From an uncultured Pelagibacteraceae bacterium (GTDB lineage Bacteria; Pseudomonadota; Alphaproteobacteria; Pelagibacterales; Pelagibacteraceae), in contig CACOMI010000001.1 in the NCBI GenBank assembly GCA_902628275.1, positions 23,226-87,225 on the forward strand: a stretch of 64,000 nt of DNA, written 5' to 3'. The notes below the pieces were generated by a model. The model made no database searches, was not told where the DNA came from, and saw only the letters and a list, made by a program, of their open reading frames with translations. This document shows, one piece after another, positions 31,435-39,465 of this stretch. Within the stretch, counting starts at the first letter, position 1. Each line of letters opens with the position of its first letter. Made by a program: the position numbers and the translations under genes.

Positions 31435-31638
31435 ATGAAAAAACCTAAACGACCATACAGATTTGGTATCATTTTTTTGCTGCTTACTGTTCCTCCTATT
31501 GGAGCAACGCAGCTGGGTTGGTATTTGCATGACAAACAAACTGGTTTTGACTATGGTATGATTGTAGGAACAGTATCAGTAATTTATGCTGCATATTTGA
31601 TGTATGAAAAAAATTGGAGAGAAGAGGACGAAGATTAA
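31435..31638 (+). CDS. Small two-TM hypothetical protein
   Basis: 67 aa, basic N-terminus, two hydrophobic segments, acidic tail. Confidence 0.6.
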   Translation: MKKPKRPYRFGIIFLLLTVPPIGATQLGWYLHDKQTGFDYGMIVGTVSVIYAAYLMYEKNWREEDED

Positions 31639-31641
31639 ATT

Positions 31642-31917
31642 ATGGAAAAAATAATTTTTTTTGGATTGGTAATTCCTATTATGGCTTATGTTTTATACTT
31701 AGGTGGAATGGCAATAATGAATGGTTTTAAATCCAAAGAAGCTAATAGAGCAGAAAAAGAGGAAGCTGAAAACGACACCAATCAAACAAGAGATACCGAT
31801 TCTGAACCAAGCATTAATTTAAGTGATGAACTTAGTAAATTGAATGATTTAAAAGAAAAAGGAATTATTTCTCAAGAAGAATTTGAAAAGGCAAAAAACA
31901 AACTATTAAATAATTAA
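31642..31917 (+). CDS. SHOCT-domain membrane protein
   Basis: N-terminal TM; C-terminal ELSKLNDLKEKGIISQEEFEKAKNKLL. Confidence 0.85.
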   Translation: MEKIIFFGLVIPIMAYVLYLGGMAIMNGFKSKEANRAEKEEAENDTNQTRDTDSEPSINLSDELSKLNDLKEKGIISQEEFEKAKNKLLNN

Positions 31918-31928
31918 ATAGTTTAATC

Positions 31929-32801
31929 ATGTTCAATGGTTTTAAAAAAAAATTTGTTAAAGTAAATAAGGGTAGAATTTTTTGTAGATTTAAAGGTAAA
32001 GGTCCTCCTTTATTGTTACTTCATGGATATCCTCAAACACACGTAATGTGGCATAAAACTGCTCCTGAACTTAGTAAATATTTCACAGTAGTAGTAGCTG
32101 ATCTTCGAGGCTATGGGGACAGTTTAGTTTTACCTGGAGGAACTAATCATAAAAATTATTCCAAAAGAGAAATGTCTAAAGATATGGTTCAATTGATGAG
32201 TAAATTAAATTTTAAAAATTTTTTTGTTGCAGGACATGATCGAGGTGGAAGGGTTGCACATCGTATGGCCAGGGACTTTAGAAGAAAAATTTTGGCTATT
32301 AGCGTATTAGATATTTGCCCTACTTTAGATATGTATGAACAAACAAATATGAAATTTGCAAAAGGATATTTCCATTGGTTTTATTTAATACAGCCAGCAC
32401 CTTTGCCAGAGAAAATGATAATTGCGGATCCTAAAAGATGGTTAAAAAGTCGTTTTAACAGATCATCTAAACTTGCGATTGGAAGAATTGAAGAAGAATA
32501 TTTAAGAGCCTTTAAACAAAAAAAAAGGATACATGCAACATGCGAGGATTATAGGGCTGCTGCGAGTATAGATTTGGAGCATGATAAAAAAGATAGAAAA
32601 AAAAAATTAAATATCCCTATTCAAGTCTTATGGGGAAAAAAAGGAATTGTTGGAAAACAATTTAATTCAATTAAAATTTGGCAAAAATATACAAATAAAA
32701 AGATTTATGGTGCAGAAATTAATTCGGATCATTTTATTCCAGAGGAAAATCCTAAACAAACGATAAAACACTTAAAAACCTTTTTTTTAAAAAATGCTTG
32801 A
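31929..32801 (+). CDS. Haloacetate (fluoroacetate-type) dehalogenase, alpha/beta hydrolase
   Basis: LLHGYPQTH, GHDRGGRVAHR, LDI, FHWF, CEDYRA, HFIPEE. Confidence 0.82.
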   Translation: MFNGFKKKFVKVNKGRIFCRFKGKGPPLLLLHGYPQTHVMWHKTAPELSKYFTVVVADLRGYGDSLVLPGGTNHKNYSKREMSKDMVQLMSKLNFKNFFVAGHDRGGRVAHRMARDFRRKILAISVLDICPTLDMYEQTNMKFAKGYFHWFYLIQPAPLPEKMIIADPKRWLKSRFNRSSKLAIGRIEEEYLRAFKQKKRIHATCEDYRAAASIDLEHDKKDRKKKLNIPIQVLWGKKGIVGKQFNSIKIWQKYTNKKIYGAEINSDHFIPEENPKQTIKHLKTFFLKNA

Positions 32802-33585
32802 GATAATACCTAACAAAAAAAATATCGGCGCAGAAATAATTTTAAATTTAAAAGATATTTCTAATAAAGATATTTCAGCAATCAAAAAAGCCCTAAATAA
32901 ATATGGAATGATATATTTTAGAAATCAAAAATTGAACTCTAAACTTTATATAAAGTTCGCTAAATATTTTGGAAAATTAGCAAACTATCCAAGACTAAAA
33001 GGTTTAAATAAAAAATTTCCTCAAATTACTGTAGTACAAAGAAAATCAACTGATAAAGGCCCAAGTTTTGGTGAACAATTTCATACAGACTCAATTTATA
33101 CAAAAAAACCACCAAGATTTACTATGTTGTTCTCAAAACTTGTACCAAAAAAAGGAAAAGCTAATACAGAATTTTGTTCTCAATATTTGGCTTATGAGGA
33201 GTTACCAAATTCAATTAGAAAGAAATTTAAAACAATTAAAGGTAAATATTCCTCTGAAGGCCCAATTTCAATCACAACTAAGGAAAGAGTAAAAGAAAAA
33301 GGAAAAAATATTAAAGAACTTAAATCTTCACACAAGATAATTAAGAAAATTAGCTCAAAATATTCGATTTATTGTAGTCCAGGACATTTTGTCGGTTTTA
33401 GCTCAAAGATTAAAAGTCAAAAAAAATTAAAAAAATTTTTGTTCAATCATCAAATTAAAAAAAAATTTCAGTTCTCACTTCCTTGGGAGAAAAATCAATT
33501 GGCTATATGGGATAACAGATCTATGCTACATCAGGCAACACCTTTCAAAGGAAATAGAATAATGCATAGAATAACAATCAAATAA
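32794..33585 (+). CDS. TauD/TfdA family 2OG-dependent dioxygenase
   Basis: IGAEI, FRNQKL, FHTDS (HxD), IWDNRSMLH, MHRITI. Confidence 0.9.
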   Translation: MLEIIPNKKNIGAEIILNLKDISNKDISAIKKALNKYGMIYFRNQKLNSKLYIKFAKYFGKLANYPRLKGLNKKFPQITVVQRKSTDKGPSFGEQFHTDSIYTKKPPRFTMLFSKLVPKKGKANTEFCSQYLAYEELPNSIRKKFKTIKGKYSSEGPISITTKERVKEKGKNIKELKSSHKIIKKISSKYSIYCSPGHFVGFSSKIKSQKKLKKFLFNHQIKKKFQFSLPWEKNQLAIWDNRSMLHQATPFKGNRIMHRITIK

Positions 33586-33588
33586 TTT

Positions 33589-34515
33589 ATGTTCACAATT
33601 TTTTTGGGACTTACTCCTTTTATATTTATTACTTTTTTAGGATTTATATTTGGTAAATTAAAAGTATTAGATCTTAGCCATGCTAAAATTTTAAATCTTT
33701 TTCTATTTTATATTGCTGTCCCAGCATTGATAATTAAGTTAATTGTACAAAATGAAATTGGACAAGTAGATTTTAAACAAATTCTCTCTTATTTAATTAT
33801 GCAATCTATATGTGGATTTATTGCTTATTTTATTACTTCAAAATATTTTAAAAGATCAATCCCAGAGTCTATAATTTGGGCTTTAACAGTTGCATTATCA
33901 AACCATGTGACTTTGCTTTTGCCAATAACAGAAATTTATTTTCAACAAAATATAATCACACAAGTTGCAAGTATTATATTAATGGATGGAGTAATATTAT
34001 TGTCTGTAATTGCTTTTTTTTTAGAATTATCAACAAAAAAAAATATAAATTTATTTACATTTATTAAAAATTTATTTTTAAATCCGTTTATTCTTTCAAT
34101 AATTATTGGTTTATTATTTTTATTATTAAATTTTAATATTGATCAAACACCAATCGAGTATACCCTATCTAAACTTGCAGCATGTGTTTCGCCAGTTGGA
34201 TTGTTTGCAATTGGTATAATTCTTTCATTTTATACCAACAATGTAATTAATAAATTATCTGTTTCTATATCAATTTTAAAATTAATTATTTCCCCAATTA
34301 TTTTATTATTGATTGGACTTTTGTTTTTTAATGCAGGATTGCCAGCAGAAATACCAGGCGCTTTTTTTGTGAGTGTTGCACCTTGTGGAGTTACAGCTAT
34401 AGTTTTATGTTCTGCATACAATGTAAGTCCTGAAAATATAATAAAAGCTATCTTTGTATCTACTATTGCATCTATTGGAACTATATTCTTTGCAATAAAG
34501 TATTTAACTTTTTAA
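33589..34515 (+). CDS. AEC (auxin efflux carrier/malate permease) family transporter
   Basis: About 10 TM helices, YIAVPAL, NPFI, GLFAIG, KLIISP. Confidence 0.82.
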   Translation: MFTIFLGLTPFIFITFLGFIFGKLKVLDLSHAKILNLFLFYIAVPALIIKLIVQNEIGQVDFKQILSYLIMQSICGFIAYFITSKYFKRSIPESIIWALTVALSNHVTLLLPITEIYFQQNIITQVASIILMDGVILLSVIAFFLELSTKKNINLFTFIKNLFLNPFILSIIIGLLFLLLNFNIDQTPIEYTLSKLAACVSPVGLFAIGIILSFYTNNVINKLSVSISILKLIISPIILLLIGLLFFNAGLPAEIPGAFFVSVAPCGVTAIVLCSAYNVSPENIIKAIFVSTIASIGTIFFAIKYLTF

Positions 34516-35493
34516 AATTTTATTTAAAGGACTTACCTCTCCAATTTTAAAAGTAATAGCATCACTTTTCTTAAATCCATAATTTTCTGCATTATCTTTA
34601 AATCTAATTGGAGGTTCCATAATTGGCTCAAATGATAAAACAAATGTTCCCCAATGCATTCCTATCACTTTTTTACTTTTTAAATCTTGTGCAACATTCA
34701 AGGCTTCCTCTGGGGTAGTGTGATAGATAGTTTTATCAAACATTGGTTTAAAATTATAAGCCCCAATATTAATCATCGTGAGATCTATTGGACCATATTT
34801 TATCCCTAATTCTTTGTAGATTTCTCCATAACCTGTATCACATGCAAATAAAATTTTCTTGTTTTTATATTCTATTAAAAAATTGCCCCACAAAGTTTTA
34901 TTTGTATCTGTTAGACTTCTCTTTGACCAATGAACTGCTGGAAGTAAAGTGATTTTTAAATTTTCATTTATAATTTTTTGATCATGCCAATCCATTTCAT
35001 TTACATCATTGTATCTTTTGAAATATTTACCAAGATTTAGAGGCGTTAATACTTTTGCATCCTTAAAAGGAAAATTTCTAATGGTTGACATATCCTGATG
35101 ATCATAATGATTGTGAGTTAGTAAAAATATGTCCGTTTTAGGTACCTCATTTAATTTTATTGCAGGATTAGTAAATCTTTTTGGACCAAAAATAAGTGGT
35201 CCAGCATTTTTAGAAAATACAGGGTCTGTTATGATAGTCGTTTTTCCTAATTTTATAAGGAATGTTGCGTGACCTATCCAAGCAATATAATCATCGTCTT
35301 TATATTTTTCTAAGTTTTCCATAACTTTTTTTTTCTCAACTACATGCTCTTTGGGATAATTTAGATTAACTTTTTTTCTTAATTTACTAAAAGTTCTATA
35401 GGAGAATTTTGCTGACCTAGATATGATTACTGGTGATCCTTTGGGATTTCTAAAAGTACCATCTGGTAAATGATGATAAGGCCTTTCTATCAT
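34504..35493 (-). CDS. MBL-fold metallohydrolase (NAPE-PLD/RomA-like)
   Basis: WIGHAT, THNHYDHQD, PAVHWSKR, MHWGTF. Confidence 0.9.
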   Translation of the reverse strand: MIERPYHHLPDGTFRNPKGSPVIISRSAKFSYRTFSKLRKKVNLNYPKEHVVEKKKVMENLEKYKDDDYIAWIGHATFLIKLGKTTIITDPVFSKNAGPLIFGPKRFTNPAIKLNEVPKTDIFLLTHNHYDHQDMSTIRNFPFKDAKVLTPLNLGKYFKRYNDVNEMDWHDQKIINENLKITLLPAVHWSKRSLTDTNKTLWGNFLIEYKNKKILFACDTGYGEIYKELGIKYGPIDLTMINIGAYNFKPMFDKTIYHTTPEEALNVAQDLKSKKVIGMHWGTFVLSFEPIMEPPIRFKDNAENYGFKKSDAITFKIGEVSPLNKILKS

Positions 35494-35494
35494 T

Positions 35495-36562
35495 TTATTT
35501 TTGTTTATCCATTAACCATAAACTATTTCCTGCAAGAAAATAAATTTTTCCATTACTTGGATGTACTTGAATATCTCTAATTCTTCCAATTTTGTCCTTG
35601 AAAATAATTATTTCCTCTACATTTGACAAATTTTTAAAATTTAATCTTCTTAACGATTTATCTTTTAGTGAAGTAATAAGTGCCTGCCCATTCCACTCAT
35701 TAAACTCTTCTCCTTCATAAATAGTTATTGCACTTGTAGCTATAGATGGTACCCAGTATTGAATTGCCTTTGTAAATCCTGGTTTCCATTTAGGTCCTAT
35801 CTTTGATCCTGAATAATTAGTGCCACCCCAACCTAGAATTTTCCAACCATAATTTCCCCCTTTTTTTACTTCACCAAACCAATCACCGCCTTTTGCACCG
35901 TGATTACTGATATAAATTTTTCCATCAAAAGGAGATAAAGTTAAACCTTGGGGGTTGCGAACACCAATTTGGTAGATTTCTGGTAACCAATTGGATTTAC
36001 CATCAAACTTTGGATTATCTTTTGGAATACTCCCATCAATATGAATTCTAATTATACTTCCAGCATGTTTTGTTGGATCTTGAGCAATCATTCCTTGTCC
36101 TCTTTCACCAGCAGATGCAAAAAGATAATTATCTTTTATTGCTAGTCTTGATCCAAAATGATAGCCAGATTCTATTGGCGGTTCGGCTTGAAATATATTT
36201 TCAAAATCCAATTTTTTTTTATTTAATTTAGCTTTTGCAATAGAGGTGCTCGTTTTCCAATCACCTCTATTTTCAGAGTAAGAAATCCATAAGGTATCGT
36301 TTTGATAAATAATATCTAGTAAACCCCCTTGGCCATGGACAAAATAATTTAAGTTATGCTCAACTTCATGAACTTGTTTAGAAATAATATTTACTATTTT
36401 TATTTTTCCAGTTTTTTCAGTAATAATAAGCTCTTCATTGTTTATAAAAGATGATCCCCATGGATCATTTAAATTTACTAATTTTTGAAGAGTAAAATTT
36501 TCTGAATAACTTTTTGATGAAAATAAAAAAAAGAAAAATACCGATAAAAAATACTTGATCAC
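35495..36562 (-). CDS. PQQ-dependent sugar dehydrogenase (GSDH/YliI family)
   Basis: GQGGLLD, HFGSRL, GERG, GVRNPQG, GRIRD; probable GTG start at 36562 with signal peptide. Confidence 0.88.
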   Translation of the reverse strand: MIKYFLSVFFFFLFSSKSYSENFTLQKLVNLNDPWGSSFINNEELIITEKTGKIKIVNIISKQVHEVEHNLNYFVHGQGGLLDIIYQNDTLWISYSENRGDWKTSTSIAKAKLNKKKLDFENIFQAEPPIESGYHFGSRLAIKDNYLFASAGERGQGMIAQDPTKHAGSIIRIHIDGSIPKDNPKFDGKSNWLPEIYQIGVRNPQGLTLSPFDGKIYISNHGAKGGDWFGEVKKGGNYGWKILGWGGTNYSGSKIGPKWKPGFTKAIQYWVPSIATSAITIYEGEEFNEWNGQALITSLKDKSLRRLNFKNLSNVEEIIIFKDKIGRIRDIQVHPSNGKIYFLAGNSLWLMDKQK

Positions 36563-36563
36563 T

Positions 36564-37274
36564 TTATGAAAGCTTAGATCTACCACCGTCTACAGCAATT
36601 ATTTGACCTGTAACCCAAGAGCTGTCTTCTGTTAGTAAGAACTTAGCAAGAGCTGCTGAGTCTTTACCTTCACCTAATCTTTTAAGCGGGTGTGCTTTTG
36701 CGATCCCTTCAGCCAAAGCAGCATTCTTTAACATTGGTTCTGCAATTTTAGATTTTGTCAAACTTGGAGCAACACAGTTTACTCTTATATTTGGAGCAAA
36801 CTCAGCTGCTAAAGAAACTGTTAAACCCTCTACAGCTGCTTTTGCTGAAGCTATTATTGCGTGATTAGTAAATCCTCTTTGGGCCGCAACAGTTGAAAAT
36901 AATACTATCGAACCTTTATTTTTTTTTAAGCTTTCTTGAAATCCTTTAATAGCTTCTACAGCTGAATAAAGATTAAGTTTCATGCATTTTTGAAAGTCTT
37001 GTTCGCTTACCATTCTTAGTGGTTTTAGATCAATAGAACCAACGCAATATGCTAAACCTTTGATTTCAGAAATATCTGATTTAACTTTTTCAATAAAACC
37101 TTCCTCTAAAACATCTGCAATAGTATGTGAGCAACCAAGTTTTTCACAGATTGGACTAAGTTCTTTTTCATTTCTTGCAACTAAATGAATATCATTCCCG
37201 GAGTTTTTTAATTGTTCCGCTAAACTTGATCCTATAGAACCTGTCGCACCAAAAATTACATATTTTTCTGACAT
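36564..37274 (-). CDS. SDR family oxidoreductase
   Basis: GATGSIG, IASAK (atypical YxxxK), NCVAPS, VTGQIIAVDGG. Confidence 0.88.
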   Translation of the reverse strand: MSEKYVIFGATGSIGSSLAEQLKNSGNDIHLVARNEKELSPICEKLGCSHTIADVLEEGFIEKVKSDISEIKGLAYCVGSIDLKPLRMVSEQDFQKCMKLNLYSAVEAIKGFQESLKKNKGSIVLFSTVAAQRGFTNHAIIASAKAAVEGLTVSLAAEFAPNIRVNCVAPSLTKSKIAEPMLKNAALAEGIAKAHPLKRLGEGKDSAALAKFLLTEDSSWVTGQIIAVDGGRSKLS

Positions 37275-37301
37275 AAAAATTTTTATTAGTTATATTTAAA
37301 T

Positions 37302-38789
37302 ATGAAGTTATTTTTTATACTTGGTAATCAATTATTTCCAACAAAATACCTTGACCGCTTCAAAAAAGACCACCTGTTTTTTATGGCTGAAGATAAGGGT
37401 TTATGCACCTATGAAAAGCATCATAAGAAAAAAATTTTATTATTTTTATCCTCAATGCGGTCTTATGCAGATGGGTTAAGAAAAAATAAATTTAAATTAG
37501 ATTATCTTAAAATTGAAGATAAAGAATTTAGTGATGATTATTTAAAAAAACTAAAAAAAACAATCACACAAAAAAAAATAAAAGAAATTTCAAGTTTTGA
37601 AGTAGAGGATAAATTTTTTGAAAAAAAGATTTCACAATTTTTAAAAAATGAAAAAATAAATTGGAATATTATTCAAACTCCTATGTTTTTAAATTCTAGA
37701 GAAGAATTTAAAAATTATTTATCAAAATCAAAAAAGCCATTCATGGCAACTTTCTACAAGGAAGTTAGAAAAAAATCTGGAATATTGATGAGCCCAGATG
37801 GTAATCCTATTGGAGGTAAATGGAGTTTTGATGAAGATAATAGAAATAAATTACCAAAAAATATTTCAATTCCTAAATTTCCAAAGATTAATGAAACAAA
37901 GCACACAAAAAAATTAAAGCCTCTTATTGAAAAAGAATTTAAAAATCACCCTGGAAGTACAGACAATTTTTGGTTTGCAACAGAATATGATGATGTTGTT
38001 AAACTTTTAAATTTTTTTATAAAAGAAAAATCAAATTTATTTGGTGATTATGAAGATGCGGTTGATCAAAAAGATAATATCCTATTTCATAGTGCATTAA
38101 GTCCTTATATAAATTTAGGTTTAATAACCCCTGAATTTGTAATTCAAAAAGTTTTAGAATTTCATAAAAAAAATAAAATTAGAATGAACTCTTTAGAAGG
38201 TTACATTCGCCAAGTAATTGGATGGCGAGAATTTATGCGAGGAGTTTATCAGTCGTATTCACAAGAAATTGAAAATGGAAATTTTTTTAAACATAATAGA
38301 AAAATGAAAAGTTCTTGGTATGAGGGGTCAACTGGTCTTCCACCATTAGATTATGCAATTAAAAATGCCGTAAATCATGCATGGTCACATCATATTGAAA
38401 GATTAATGATCTTATCAAACATTATGAACCTTTGTGAGATCAAACCATTAATTGTTTACAAGTGGTTTATGGAAATGTTTGCTGATTCTTCAGATTGGGT
38501 GATGGTTCCAAATATTAGTATGGGACTATTTAATGACGGAGGAATTTTTGCAACTAAACCTTACATTTGTGGATCTGCATACTTTATGAAAATGATGGAT
38601 TTTAAAAAGGGGGAGTGGTGTAACATAATGGACGGACTTTACTGGAGATTTATAGATAGAAATAGAAAATTTTTTTTAAAAAACCCCCGTCTATCAATGA
38701 TGGTAAGAATATTTGATAAAATGAAACCAGATAGAAAAAAATTAATTTTAACTGAAGCTGAAAAATTTATTAAACAAAATACTGCATAG
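37302..38789 (+). CDS. Bacterial (6-4)-type photolyase/cryptochrome (FeS-BCP clade)
   Basis: LGNQLF, GGKWSFDEDNR, FGDYEDA, LFHSALSPYINLGL, EGYIRQVIGWREF, HHIERLM, WVMVPN, TKPY. Confidence 0.92.
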   Translation: MKLFFILGNQLFPTKYLDRFKKDHLFFMAEDKGLCTYEKHHKKKILLFLSSMRSYADGLRKNKFKLDYLKIEDKEFSDDYLKKLKKTITQKKIKEISSFEVEDKFFEKKISQFLKNEKINWNIIQTPMFLNSREEFKNYLSKSKKPFMATFYKEVRKKSGILMSPDGNPIGGKWSFDEDNRNKLPKNISIPKFPKINETKHTKKLKPLIEKEFKNHPGSTDNFWFATEYDDVVKLLNFFIKEKSNLFGDYEDAVDQKDNILFHSALSPYINLGLITPEFVIQKVLEFHKKNKIRMNSLEGYIRQVIGWREFMRGVYQSYSQEIENGNFFKHNRKMKSSWYEGSTGLPPLDYAIKNAVNHAWSHHIERLMILSNIMNLCEIKPLIVYKWFMEMFADSSDWVMVPNISMGLFNDGGIFATKPYICGSAYFMKMMDFKKGEWCNIMDGLYWRFIDRNRKFFLKNPRLSMMVRIFDKMKPDRKKLILTEAEKFIKQNTA

Positions 38790-38920
38790 TGAAAAAGGAA
38801 AATTTGCCATCTAAAATTTGTTTAGTTTGCAACAGACCATTTAAATGGAGAAAAAAATGGAAGCTTAACTGGGACAAAGTTAAATACTGCTCAAAAAGAT
38901 GCTCTCATAAAAAAGTTTAA
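38789..38920 (+). CDS. DUF2256 small Cys protein (not in the ORF track)
   Basis: Manual translation from GTG overlapping the photolyase stop: VKKENLPSKICLVCNRPFKWRKKWKLNWDKVKYCSKRCSHKKV*. Confidence 0.88.
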   Translation: MKKENLPSKICLVCNRPFKWRKKWKLNWDKVKYCSKRCSHKKV

Positions 38921-38922
38921 AT

Positions 38923-39465
38923 ATGAATTTAGAAAAATATAAATGGAAAAGTAGAATTTTATTAGCAATTACGCCAAATTTTAAAGATAAGTCATATAAA
39001 AAAGCAAAAAAAACATATCAAAGCAAGATTAAGCAATTCCACAAAAGATATGTAAAATTAATTTGTAAGACAAATAAAAACAAAACTTTTTCAGTAAAGC
39101 TTATTGGCTTTGATGGAAAAATAAAAAAAATAATGAATGATTTAAACTATAAGTTAGTTTTTCAAATAATTGATAAGATGCCATTAGGAAAAAAAATTAA
39201 ACCAATTAACCTATCTTTATATTCAGATTATAATCCTAAAACTACAACATATGGATTAGGATTTAAAAATAAAGAAAAAGCATTATTTACGATTAATGCA
39301 ATTAAAAATAGATCTGCCAAATATCAAGTGAATGTAGTTTCAACTATGTTAGGCAGAGCCAAAAATCATCCAAACAAAACAAAAGATATGGGTGGTGCAA
39401 TAAAAGTATTTAATGATTGGATGAAAAAATATAAGAGAAATAAAAATGAAAACGAAGCTATCTAA
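38923..39465 (+). CDS. DUF4174-like N-domain fused to an uncharacterised basic C-domain
   Basis: LEKYKWKSRILL...LIGFDGKIK...IDKMP matches DUF4174; about 85 further residues. Confidence 0.7.
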   Translation: MNLEKYKWKSRILLAITPNFKDKSYKKAKKTYQSKIKQFHKRYVKLICKTNKNKTFSVKLIGFDGKIKKIMNDLNYKLVFQIIDKMPLGKKIKPINLSLYSDYNPKTTTYGLGFKNKEKALFTINAIKNRSAKYQVNVVSTMLGRAKNHPNKTKDMGGAIKVFNDWMKKYKRNKNENEAI

